A stretch of 61,027 nt of DNA, the filler included, from Chloroflexota bacterium (lineage in GTDB: Bacteria > Chloroflexota > Chloroflexia > QHBQ01), in the NCBI GenBank assembly GCA_043754535.1. It is 5 parts of 4 records of this genome, joined end to end, with 100 filler letters (N's around TTAATTAATTAA, not from the genome) between each part and the next. Parts side by side here need not be neighbours in the genome. Positions count along the whole stretch, not along the records: positions 20,345 to 39,933 come from JAYUUN010000093.1; 4 more parts are not named here. The stretch is one strand, 5' to 3'. Each line of letters begins with the position of its first letter. Within the stretch, counting starts at the first letter, position 1. The position numbers and the translations under genes were made by a program. The notes beneath the pieces are model-generated. The model saw only the letters and a list, made by a program, of their open reading frames with translations, did not search any database and was not told where the DNA came from. Positions 29,852-39,500 of the stretch are shown here, in pieces.

Positions 29852-31201
29852 ATGGTGACGCAAACGACAGGGCGAACGTTCCCCCGGCTGGCCGGGCTGC
29901 CAGTGATCGGCAACCTGCACACTTTCCTGCGCGACCGCGTTGGTATGCTCGATCAGGTGAAGGAGCAGTGCGGCGACATTGGTGGCTTCCAACTGCTGGG
30001 CTGGCACGGCGTGATGATCAACTCCGCCGAGTATGCGCGCCATGTGTTGGTCACTGACGCGGCTGAGTACGAGAAGGGCATGGTGCTACGCCGCTACCTG
30101 CGCCCAATCCTCGGTGATGGGATGCTCAACAGCCTCAACGTCAAGCACCGCCGCTTGCGGAAGCTGGCCTCGCCCGCCTTCCACATGAAGCGGATCGCGG
30201 GCTACGCAACCACAATGGCCGACCACGCCGAACGCGCCCAACGACAGTGGGTGACAGGGCAGGTGGTGGATGTGCAACAGGAGATGACCCGCATCGCGCT
30301 AGGTATCGTCGGCAAGACGCTGTTCGACACTGATGTGCTGGATGAGGCGGACGAACTTGGCCGCGCCCTGACCACGGTGCTACATCACGCCAACACCCAG
30401 ATCACTGCGCTGGTAAGGGTGCCACTGCATTGGCCGACTTTGCGGCATGGGGCAGTGCGCCAGGCAGTAGCCCGCTTGGACGCGACGATCTACCGCCTGA
30501 TCACCGAACGACGGCGCAGCGGTGAGGACAAAGGCGACCTCCTCTCTATGCTGATCGCCGCCCAGGACGAGACGGATGGTAGTCTGGACGACAGCCAGTT
30601 GCACGACGAGGCGATGACTATCCTGCTGGCTGGCTACGAGAACACCGCAAACTCGCTGGCCTGGACCTGGTACCTGCTCACCCAGCATCCTGAGATGTAC
30701 GAGAGGGTGGCAGCCGAGGCCGACGCAGTATTGGGCGGGCGGTCGCCAGTGATGGCCGACCTGCCCAAGCTGACCTACACCATGCAGGTACACAAGGAGG
30801 CGATCCGCCTCTACCCGCCTTTCTACGTGATCGAGCGGGAGACCAGCCACGACCTCAACCTGGACGGCTACCGCATCCCCGCTGGCACCTGGGTGATCAT
30901 CAGCCCCTACTTCCTGCATCGCCGCGCCGACTACTACCCGCAGCCACTGCGGTTTGACCCTGAACGGTTTACCCCGGCAAACGAGAAGCGGCTGCCCGCC
31001 TATGCTTACATCCCCTTTGGGGCAGGGCCACGCATCTGCATTGGCAACAACTTCGCTATGATGGAGATACAGATCGTCCTTGCTGCTCTTGCCCAGCGCA
31101 TCCGCTTCAGCCTGGAGCCAGGCCAGCAGGTTGAGCCAGAGCCACTGATCACCCTGCGCCCAAAGGGCAAGCTGCTGATGCGCGTGACGCGACGGTTATA
31201 G
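29852..31201 (+). CDS. cytochrome P450
   Basis: AGYENT I-helix, EAIRLYPP (ExxR), FDPERF, FGAGPRICIG heme motif. Confidence 0.95.
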   Translation: MVTQTTGRTFPRLAGLPVIGNLHTFLRDRVGMLDQVKEQCGDIGGFQLLGWHGVMINSAEYARHVLVTDAAEYEKGMVLRRYLRPILGDGMLNSLNVKHRRLRKLASPAFHMKRIAGYATTMADHAERAQRQWVTGQVVDVQQEMTRIALGIVGKTLFDTDVLDEADELGRALTTVLHHANTQITALVRVPLHWPTLRHGAVRQAVARLDATIYRLITERRRSGEDKGDLLSMLIAAQDETDGSLDDSQLHDEAMTILLAGYENTANSLAWTWYLLTQHPEMYERVAAEADAVLGGRSPVMADLPKLTYTMQVHKEAIRLYPPFYVIERETSHDLNLDGYRIPAGTWVIISPYFLHRRADYYPQPLRFDPERFTPANEKRLPAYAYIPFGAGPRICIGNNFAMMEIQIVLAALAQRIRFSLEPGQQVEPEPLITLRPKGKLLMRVTRRL

Positions 31202-31217
31202 GTGTCGCTGGATAGCA

Positions 31218-31251
31218 GAATGGCCCTCAGCCAGACGGCTGTAGGGCCATT
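31218..31251. terminator. hairpin between convergent P450 and small-peptide genes
   Basis: AATGGCCCTCAGCC..GGCTGTAGGGCCATT inverted repeat. Confidence 0.55.
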
Positions 31252-31280
31252 GCTACGGGAAGGGAGAGGAAGCTAGCGGC

Positions 31281-31454
31281 TTAGGCTACTGCCTTCGGGC
31301 TGATCCCCTCGATCCAGTGTGTGTCTGGGTCGCCAGCTACCGTCTGAACCTGGTTGGTGGTCAAGTTAAAGGGTGCATAGCCACCCACGAAGCAGGCACT
31401 CGACACTACTAGCCACAAAGCGACAACTGCGCCAGCCACAATCTTCTTGGTCAT
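31281..31454 (-). CDS. small secreted peptide, 57 aa (not in ORF track)
   Basis: MTKKIVAGAVVALWLVVSSACFVVGYAPFNLTTNQVQTVAGDPDTHWIEGISPKAVA; KK plus hydrophobic core resembles a signal peptide. Confidence 0.65.
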   Translation of the reverse strand: MTKKIVAGAVVALWLVVSSACFVGGYAPFNLTTNQVQTVAGDPDTHWIEGISPKAVA

Positions 31455-31548
31455 CTTAGTATCTTTCTTTATAGATGCCCAGCGGACGGGCAGTAATCAG
31501 CTTCGTTTTGGTTGATTGGTGGCTGGTTGGACGGGGTGGGGTTAGCTA

Positions 31549-32676
31549 CTATCCGGACTCGTTAGCCCCGCTCAGCCTGCGCTCCAACTCGGCCAGGCGT
31601 TGCTCTACGGTGCTGAGGCGGGTGGCAAGGAGGGCAGAGCGGAGCAACTCATGTTGGCTACCACCTACCTGTGGCGGCGTGGTCAGCCGCTGGAGAGAGG
31701 CCAGCCCAGCGGCTAGCGCGCGCTGGTGAACAGTCAGGGCGGTCCGCCCCCGCCCAGGGTTGCTACCTGGGGGGGAGGACTGCAGCAGAACAGGGTCGGA
31801 GGACCATGGCAGGAGAGATGAGGCAAAATTGCGCCAGCGCACTGTTGAGGATGCGCCTCCCTTTAGCCGCTCATAGAACCCCGGCAGGGCCGACACCTCG
31901 CCCTTTGCCTGTATTACATAGAAGTTGGCTTCGTTGCGAACCTGGTCAATGACCAGTCCCACTCTGGGACTGCCAAAGCCCAATCGCTGGATGTTCTGGT
32001 CGTTAGCCGTGAACTCGGTGCCGCCATTGGGCCGTGAGTGGTACCAACCGACGATCCGCATATTCAAGTGCTGTGCGGCCTGGGCAAGTAGGGTCGCCCA
32101 GCCCTCGTGACTGAAAACGAAATGGCCTGCCATCGCCAGGGGGTAGGGCAGCGCGTCGGCGACCCATAGGTGCTGGCGGCTGTTGGCAGCGTATATCTGG
32201 CCGAGCAGCAGCCCCCCGACCTCGACCCGGCTAGCCCGCGCCTGGGCCATCACCTTTGCGTAGCTGCTCTGGCTAAAGGAAACTTGTACGCTAGCTTGCT
32301 CTGGTTCGCCCCAAATAGCGTGTTGCTCAGGGAAGCAGAAGGGGCTAGCGGGTAGGTAAGGGATGCAAGCGGTTTGCTCAAGCACACGCCCTGTGCTGCT
32401 GGAGGCCGCAGCGACAGGCCTGCTGCCCTCGGCAAGCGGGGTCGTCAGCAGGCGCAGGGTGTCATGGTCAACCACCCCAGCCGCCCGCAGCGTCGTGTCG
32501 CCAGCCAGAAGCTGACCGCTACGGCGCAGGAGCAGGCGAGCCTCAACCGGAGCTGTCACCCCCAGGCTGGGTAGCAGCGGTGGCAGCAGCGCAGCCAACC
32601 GCGCGTCACTGGGTAGCAGTACCTCAAAGCGGTTGTCACCCAGCAGATCAACGATGTACACAACTTGCTTTTTCAT
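31549..32676 (-). CDS. EsaB/YukD-like ubiquitin-fold domain fused to degenerate JAB/MPN domain
   Basis: N-terminal ..TTLRAAGVVDHDTLRL (Ubl); EVGGLLLG and IVGWYHSRP..FTAND (JAB); AGGAG RBS. Confidence 0.75.
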   Translation of the reverse strand: MKKQVVYIVDLLGDNRFEVLLPSDARLAALLPPLLPSLGVTAPVEARLLLRRSGQLLAGDTTLRAAGVVDHDTLRLLTTPLAEGSRPVAAASSSTGRVLEQTACIPYLPASPFCFPEQHAIWGEPEQASVQVSFSQSSYAKVMAQARASRVEVGGLLLGQIYAANSRQHLWVADALPYPLAMAGHFVFSHEGWATLLAQAAQHLNMRIVGWYHSRPNGGTEFTANDQNIQRLGFGSPRVGLVIDQVRNEANFYVIQAKGEVSALPGFYERLKGGASSTVRWRNFASSLLPWSSDPVLLQSSPPGSNPGRGRTALTVHQRALAAGLASLQRLTTPPQVGGSQHELLRSALLATRLSTVEQRLAELERRLSGANESG

Positions 32677-32743
32677 CAGGCCACTCCTTGCCGTTCGTTT
32701 CAGAACTGCAAGAGCATCGTACCCGCAAGCCTGTGGCTGGCTA

Positions 32744-32797
32744 TGTCATTCTGTGTCAGCACTAAAACTTGACAAAGCTCGATTTCTGATCTAAGAT
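32744..32797 (+). promoter_or_regulatory. promoter of the STAND gene with TGTCA repeats (putative operator)
   Basis: TTGACA-17-TAAGAT; TGTCA at 32744 and 32754, inverted TGACA at 32770. Confidence 0.55.
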
Positions 32798-32841
32798 ATA
32801 GGTGGGGAAGATATGGAGACGCAACAGAGGGGGAACAGGCG

Positions 32842-35823
32842 ATGTACAACCTTGACCGCTTCTGCGAGGCGGTGACAGCCCACTGCCATCAAGCGCGGGT
32901 GTTTGACGGCAAGAAGGCCCGGCAGCAAGACCTGGCTGACGCGATCAACATCAGCCTCACCGCCCTCAACAAGCGGCTGCACAACAAGGACGGCCACCAC
33001 CTCAGCCACGAGAATGCAAGGGCGATAGTGCGTACCCTGGCGGGCTGGGAGACGGTTAGCAGTCAGGCTGAAGCGCGGGCGTTGCTCGACCTGGTAGATT
33101 GCCCCGACTTCACCGCCGCCGAGTGGCAGGCCGCCCCGCTCTGCGATCTTGTTCCCGACCTGGCTGCGCCACCAGCCCCTGCGCCAGCCACCAGCCCTGC
33201 TGCGCTGATCTACCGCCCCACTGCGCCGCTGCGGGTGCGGGGTAGGGTGGCAGAACTGGGCCGCTTGCGCCGCTTGCTCCGCCAGCAACGCTGCCTGGCG
33301 ATCACTGGTCTGCATGGGCTAGGCAAGTCTACGCTCGCCACCCTCTACTACACCCAGTTTGAGCAGGAAGGCGGTCGCTGCTACTGGCAACTGATAGATG
33401 AGCATACAACAATGCGCGATTTGGCTGGCGGCTTCTTCGACGCTATTGGGCAGCCTCGCGACCTGGGGCGGCTAACCGCCGACCAGCAGGCAATTACCCT
33501 GCTCAACTGGTTGCGCCAGCAGCCCGAACGGTACCTCTTGGTGCTGGATAATTGCGAAGCCTTGCTGAACAAAAACAGTGTCTTCCGCCGCGAAGGTTTC
33601 GACCGCCTGCTGACGGGTTTGATCGAGCAGAGTGGCAATAGCGAAGCGATCCTTACCAGCCGCTACCTGCCACGCACCAACCAGGGGCGCGAACCGCTCG
33701 AGCTATGCCTCACAGGGCTGGACGCAGAGGAGGGAGCCTTGCTGCTGCGCGATCAGCAGATCGGCGAACTGCTAGGTGCCGAAGTGGGCGACCTGGACGC
33801 ACTGCTGGCGACGGTCAGTACCAGAGCCAGCGGCCACCCTCTCGCCCTGATCTACCTGGTGCAGTTGCTGCGGAAGGGCTACACCCTCACTCGCTTGCTG
33901 GCCGACGAGCAGTTGTGGCGGGGCGAGATCGGGCAGAACCTGCTTGGTTCGGTCTACGCCCAGCTAACCCCCCATGAACAGCAACTGCTACAATTCATTG
34001 CCGTATTCGGCCAACAGCCGGTCACCAGGGCCGACGTAGCCGGGATGCTAGCCCAACTCAGCCCACCGCCAGATAAGTGGTCGCTCGCCAGCATCGAGCG
34101 GCACGCCCTGGTGCTGCGCCGCCGTGCGCTGGTCAGCATCGAACAGGACAGCTACTATCTCCTGCCTCTGGTGTGCCAGTTTAGTTATGAACAGCTAGCC
34201 CACGCCCCACGCTACCACGCCGCTGCCGCCCGCTACCTGCTTAGTTGCGCCCCTAATCCCAGCAACCCTGCCCGCACGCTGGCAGAGGCTCGCCCACTGC
34301 TGCGCGCCTTCGAGCAGTTCTGCGCCGCTGCCGACTACCAGGCCGCCCACCACCTGTTGGACGAGCGGCCCATCGCCTACTTGAGCGATGGTAGTCCGCT
34401 CAACCTGGTCGAGTTGCTGCACCGCTGGGGGGAGTACCAGTTGCTTGCCAGCCTCTGCGACCAGGTGTTGGTGGGCGAGAACGATTTGGCGGTGGAGCAG
34501 AGGGCCGCGGCTATGAGCAACGCGGGCTTGGCCTGCTACCTACTCGGCCAGGTAGAGGACGCAGGGGATTACCAACAGCGGGCATTGGCCGCCCAGCCGA
34601 GCGATGAGCGGCAATTGGCGATCTGCCTGACCAGGCTGGGCCAGGCCAACAATCGGCGTGGTCAGCCCGACCTCGCCCTCAGCCAGCACGAGCAAGCCCG
34701 AGCCCACGCCGAAGCCGCAGGCGACCGCCGCATCCAGGCCCAGTGCCTCGGCAACCAGGCGATGGTCTATGGCGATCTTGCCCTTTATGGCGAGTCGCTG
34801 GCCCAACTGGAAGCGGCCTTGCTGCTGGCGCGGGCGAGCGGTGACGAGCGCGGCATTGCCAGCTATCTTGCCAACCTCGGCTCGATCCATTACAAGCAAG
34901 GGGCGCAGCAGGCAGCGGTCACTTGCTATGCCGAAGCCCTGGCGGTGGCCGAAGTGATTAACTACACAGAGTGCAAGGCGGGCTTGCTTGGCAACCTTGG
35001 CCTCACCCAGATGGCTTTGGGCGACTATCGGCAGGCAGTTGATCGCTACGAGCGGGCGATTGCGCTGGACGAGCAACGCGTCAACCTACGCTCCCAAGCC
35101 ATCAACCTCAACAACCTCGGCTACGCCCACGAGCAGCTTGGCTCCTACCAGCAGGCAGAGATGTACTACGCGCAAGCCTTCCTGGTTGCCACCCAGAGCG
35201 GCATTCGGCGCAGTGCGTGCCTGGCCCAGGCCAACCAGGGTAGTGCATACCGCGGTCTCGGCGACCTGGCAGCGGCGGTGGCCTGCAATGAGCGGGCCTG
35301 GAACCTGGCTGAGGAGCTGCAATACCCGCTAGGGATGACCAGTGCCGCCAATAACCTGACGCTCGTATATGCAGACCTGGGCGACTACCAACAAGCCATC
35401 GACTGGGGCAACCAGGCTCTCACCTGCGCCAGCGAAGCAAAGAATGAGGAAGGCAAGGCCAAAGCCCTGGCTCACCTGGGCCACACCTACACCCTTGTCG
35501 GGCAGCAACAACAGGCTCATCGGCTGCTGCATGATGCTTTGCAGATTGTGCAGCGCACTGGCAACCGCCGCAATGAGGGACAGTGCTGGCACTACCTGGC
35601 CGACCTGTTCGCCACCCTACCTGCCCCGCGCGAGGCCGTCGCTTGCTACATCAAGGCGCAAACTCTGCGCGAAGCAACCAGCGACCCCCAGGCGGCGGCC
35701 AGTAGTGGGCGGATCGTTGATCTCTACCAGCAGACCGCCGCCACGCTCTGGCCCGACCTCTACGCCGCCGCGAGTGCGCTAGCCGTCCTACCAGGCTGGC
35801 TGCCCGCTCTCGTTGGCGACTAG
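32842..35823 (+). CDS. XRE-type HTH - NB-ARC (STAND) ATPase - TPR protein
   Basis: QQDLADAINISLTALNKRL HTH, GLHGLGKS Walker A, LLVLDNCE Walker B, ILTSR, GHPLAL, about 9 NLG..Y..LG TPRs. Confidence 0.88.
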   Translation: MYNLDRFCEAVTAHCHQARVFDGKKARQQDLADAINISLTALNKRLHNKDGHHLSHENARAIVRTLAGWETVSSQAEARALLDLVDCPDFTAAEWQAAPLCDLVPDLAAPPAPAPATSPAALIYRPTAPLRVRGRVAELGRLRRLLRQQRCLAITGLHGLGKSTLATLYYTQFEQEGGRCYWQLIDEHTTMRDLAGGFFDAIGQPRDLGRLTADQQAITLLNWLRQQPERYLLVLDNCEALLNKNSVFRREGFDRLLTGLIEQSGNSEAILTSRYLPRTNQGREPLELCLTGLDAEEGALLLRDQQIGELLGAEVGDLDALLATVSTRASGHPLALIYLVQLLRKGYTLTRLLADEQLWRGEIGQNLLGSVYAQLTPHEQQLLQFIAVFGQQPVTRADVAGMLAQLSPPPDKWSLASIERHALVLRRRALVSIEQDSYYLLPLVCQFSYEQLAHAPRYHAAAARYLLSCAPNPSNPARTLAEARPLLRAFEQFCAAADYQAAHHLLDERPIAYLSDGSPLNLVELLHRWGEYQLLASLCDQVLVGENDLAVEQRAAAMSNAGLACYLLGQVEDAGDYQQRALAAQPSDERQLAICLTRLGQANNRRGQPDLALSQHEQARAHAEAAGDRRIQAQCLGNQAMVYGDLALYGESLAQLEAALLLARASGDERGIASYLANLGSIHYKQGAQQAAVTCYAEALAVAEVINYTECKAGLLGNLGLTQMALGDYRQAVDRYERAIALDEQRVNLRSQAINLNNLGYAHEQLGSYQQAEMYYAQAFLVATQSGIRRSACLAQANQGSAYRGLGDLAAAVACNERAWNLAEELQYPLGMTSAANNLTLVYADLGDYQQAIDWGNQALTCASEAKNEEGKAKALAHLGHTYTLVGQQQQAHRLLHDALQIVQRTGNRRNEGQCWHYLADLFATLPAPREAVACYIKAQTLREATSDPQAAASSGRIVDLYQQTAATLWPDLYAAASALAVLPGWLPALVGD

Positions 35824-35848
35824 CAAGCCACAACCACAAGGTTTTGCG

Positions 35849-35876
35849 GGCGGATCGCTGATCCGCCTCTTTTTTT
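35849..35876 (+). terminator. rho-independent terminator
   Basis: GGCGGATC-gct-GATCCGCC followed by a T run. Confidence 0.75.
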
Positions 35877-35900
35877 GCCCGCAAATGATGGTCAGTTTCC

Positions 35901-35929
35901 TTGCAACTCTGATCTTTATTTGGTAGAAT
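35901..35929 (+). promoter_or_regulatory. sigma70 promoter of marR-RND
   Basis: TTGCAA-17-TAGAAT. Confidence 0.55.
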
Positions 35930-36025
35930 GGTTCTCGGTACGTGAAGCATTAACGAGTTACGAAGTATCACTGTGGCAGTAAGTAGTTGGCAGACATATT
36001 GGTTGACATGGGATGGAGGCGGTAA

Positions 36026-36505
36026 TTGACGGATCGGGAGGCACAAGCACGGGTGATCCTCGGCTTCGGCGAAACGGTGATGACGATCATCGCCCGAAAG
36101 CAGGTTGAGAGTTGGATGCAGCGGGTTGACTTGACCTTCAACCAGATGCGGATGCTGCTGGTGATCCGCGATGCGGGCGAGGCTGGCGCGACGATGGGTA
36201 GCCTGCGCGAGCAGGTTGGGGTCGCCAGCCTCTCCGCAATCACCGGGCTGGTAGATCGGCTGATCGAACATGACTTCGTTGAGCGTCACCCTGACCCCAG
36301 CGACCGCCGCCTGGTTCGCATCCGCCTATCGCCCACTGGCATTGCCCAGCTAGAGGCGATGTACCAGACCGATAAGGCAGTATGGGGTACTGCCCTCGAC
36401 AACTTGACTGATGAGCAGATCGCGCAGGTGGCCGAGGGCCTCAACCTGTTGCGGGCTGCCCTCGAACGCTGGTCAAACGACCAGCAACCCACCGCAAACA
36501 AGTAG
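36026..36505 (+). CDS. MarR family transcriptional regulator
   Basis: LTFNQMRML, SAITGLVDRL, DPSDRR..LSPTG. Confidence 0.9.
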   Translation: MTDREAQARVILGFGETVMTIIARKQVESWMQRVDLTFNQMRMLLVIRDAGEAGATMGSLREQVGVASLSAITGLVDRLIEHDFVERHPDPSDRRLVRIRLSPTGIAQLEAMYQTDKAVWGTALDNLTDEQIAQVAEGLNLLRAALERWSNDQQPTANK

Positions 36506-36527
36506 CTTAGCATAGGAGGGAGTCCCC

Positions 36528-39500
36528 TTGTCCAAACTAACCGATTTCTCGCTCAAACGCGCTTCGGTAATCATCCTGCTGATCCTTGCAGTGGTGGCCG
36601 GTGGCGCATACACAACCACCCGCCTGCGTACCGAGTTGCTGCCCGATATCACCTTCCCGGTACTATCGGTGATCACTATCTACCCTGGGGCCAGCCCCAG
36701 CGATGTGGCCGAGGGCGTGACCAGGCCACTAGAGCAGGCGATGGGCAACACGGCCAAACTGCAAACCCTGCAATCTACCAGCGGCGAGAATCTCAGCCTG
36801 ATCAGTGCCAGCTTCGCCTTCGGCACTGACATGAAGGAAGCAGCCAGCACGGTAGAGAACAGCCTCAAGTCGGTAGTGCTGCCCCAGAACGCAGTCGCAG
36901 CCCGCGTGCTACGCTTCGACTTCAACAGCTTCCCAGTCGTGCAGTTGAGCCTGCTCAGCACCGACAGCAAGTTGACCCCCAACCAGCTTGAGCAGATCGC
37001 CCGCGACCGGCTCGTTCCAGAGTTGGCGAAGATTGACGGTGTATTCAACGTAGAGGTAACGGGTGGCACCACCCGCGAGGTGCAGGTTGTCTTCGACGCG
37101 GCCAAACTGCGCCAGAAGAAGCTGACTGCTGGGCAGGTGAGCGGCATCTTGCAGGCCAACAACCTCTCCTTCCCCAGTGGCACGATTGAACAGAATGGCA
37201 CCAGCGTACCAATCCGCACCACCAACCAGTTCACCAGCACAGCCCAGCTTGAGAACCTGATCGTCGGGGTAGAACTGCCCGCGGGTGCAACCGGTGCAGG
37301 TAGCGGCTTTGGCGGCGCAAGCGGCGCACCGGGCGGCGCACCAAGTGGCAGCGGCTTTGGCGGCGCAAGCGGCGCACCAAGTGGCGCACCAGGCGGCGTA
37401 TCCACTGGCAGCGGCTTCAGCGGCAGCCAGGCGATCACGGGCAGCTTGCCGATCAGTGGCACTGCGACTGGGGCGGCAGCCTTCCAGCCCAAGCCGATCC
37501 TGCTCAAGGATATCGCCAGCGTGGTCGTCACCGACTCGGCGGCCAGCACTATCGTGCGGACGAACGGCCAGACCGCCGTTGGCATCTCGGTCAGCAAGGC
37601 GCGGGAGGGCAACACGGTTGAGATTTCGCACAAGATACGCGATACAGTCGCTCGCCTCGCTCCTGACTTCGCCAACCAGCAGATCAAGGTGGAGACGATC
37701 CAGGATCAGGCTCCGACCATTGAGGAGTCTATCGACGGGCTGCTGAAGGAGGGGCTGGTTGGCGCACTGTTCGCTATCCTGGTCATCTTCATCTTCCTAC
37801 GCTCAGTGCGTAGCACGCTGGTTACGGCGATCAGCCTGCCGCTCAGCATCATCGCCACCCTGCTAATCATGGGCTGGCAAGGGCTGAACCTCAACATCTT
37901 CACCCTCGGCGGCATCGCCATCGCGGTAGGTCGGGTGGTAGATGACAGTATTGTGGTCTTGGAGAACATCTATCGCCACGTGCAGATGGGCGAGTCGCCC
38001 CGTGAGGCGGCCTTCAACGGCACCAAAGAAGTGGCCTCGGCGATCACCAGCAGCACGATCACCACGGTGGCGGTCTTCCTGCCACTCGGCCTGGTCGGTG
38101 GCATCATCGGCGAAATCTTCCTTCCCTTCGCCTTGACCGTCACCTACGCCCTGCTCTCCAGCCTGGTGATCGCCCTGACTGTAATCCCAGTGCTGGCAAT
38201 GTTCTTCATCAACGCCCGCACTGTGCGCCACGAGGAGGGCGACAGTGCCGTACAGAAGTTGTACGCGCCTGCTCTCAGCCTGGCATTGCGCCACCGCAAG
38301 CTGACCTTGTTGCTTGCAGTGCTGCTGTTCTTCGCTTCGTCCGCGCTCGTTCCTTTCATCCCCACCAGCTTCTTGCCCAACCAGGGCAGTAAGCTAGCGA
38401 CAATCAGCGTCAGCCCGCCGCCAGGTGGCAGCTTCGCCACCTTGAGTGCCAAGACTGCGCAGATGGAGGCGGTACTGGCCGACCCCAAGACGCAGGTTGC
38501 TACAATTCAAAGCACGATCAGCACTGGCTCAAGCTCGTCGGCCTCGTTGCAGGCAGCCAGCCAGGGGCAGGGAACAACGACTGCCTCGATCCAGGTACGC
38601 TTTAAGGATGAGGCCGACCTCGATGCCCGCATCCGCGACCTGCGCGCAACCGCCACTGACTTGAGCAAGGACGGCTCGCGGATCGCGGTCAACGTCCTCA
38701 CCGGCGGCCCACCAACCTCGCGCCTGTCAGTGATCCTCAGCGGCCAGACCCAGGATGAGTTGCGCCAAGCTGGCGAACAGGTGACCAAGACGCTAGCCGA
38801 GGTCAAGGGGCTGGCGAACCTCAGCAGCGACGTGCAGAGCGCACGCCCAGAGATCGCAGTGCAGGTTGACCCCAACAAAGCGATCCTCAGCGGCCAGACT
38901 ACGATCCAGCTTGCTCTCAACATCCGCCAAATCCTCGCTGGTAGTACAGCCACGACGGTGCGGCTAGAGGGGAGCGGCAGCCCGCTCAACGTGCGCCTGC
39001 TCTTTCCCGCCGACACGCTCGGCAGCGAAGCCGCCCTGCGTAGTTTGCCGATTGGCACCGGGCCAACCGGCCAGCCAGTGTTGCTGGGCGACGTGGCAAC
39101 GGTCAGCACGGCCAGTGGCCCGACCCAGGTTACGCGCTACAACCAGCGGCTGGCGGCCACCATCTCGGCAGACATCATCGCCGAAGCGACCGGCCCGCTC
39201 ACCCTTGACGTAAACAAGCGGCTCAACGCGCTCGCCCTGCCTGCTGGCGTGACCCGCGAGGTGGGTGGCTCGTTCGCCCAAAATAGCAGCAGCTTCAACA
39301 ACCTCGTCCTCGCCCTACCGATTGCCATCCTGCTGGTCTACCTGGTGATGGTGATTACCTTCGGCAGCCTACTCACCCCGTTCATCATCCTGTTCTCGCT
39401 ACCACTAGCCAGCGTCGGCGCGTTCGTCGCACTGTTTATCACTAGGCGACCAATTGGCATCTCGGCCCTGATCGGCCTGCTGCTGCTGATCGGCATCGTA

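Noticed and set aside
29775..31454. P450 plus peptide as a RiPP cluster
   Set aside because: The peptide gene is convergent and has a signal-like N-terminus; no aromatic precursor ORF upstream of the P450
36680..37687. Long antisense ORFs (also 10382-11368, 589-1071, 27350-27868)
   Set aside because: Shadow frames of GC-rich genes with no recognisable motifs
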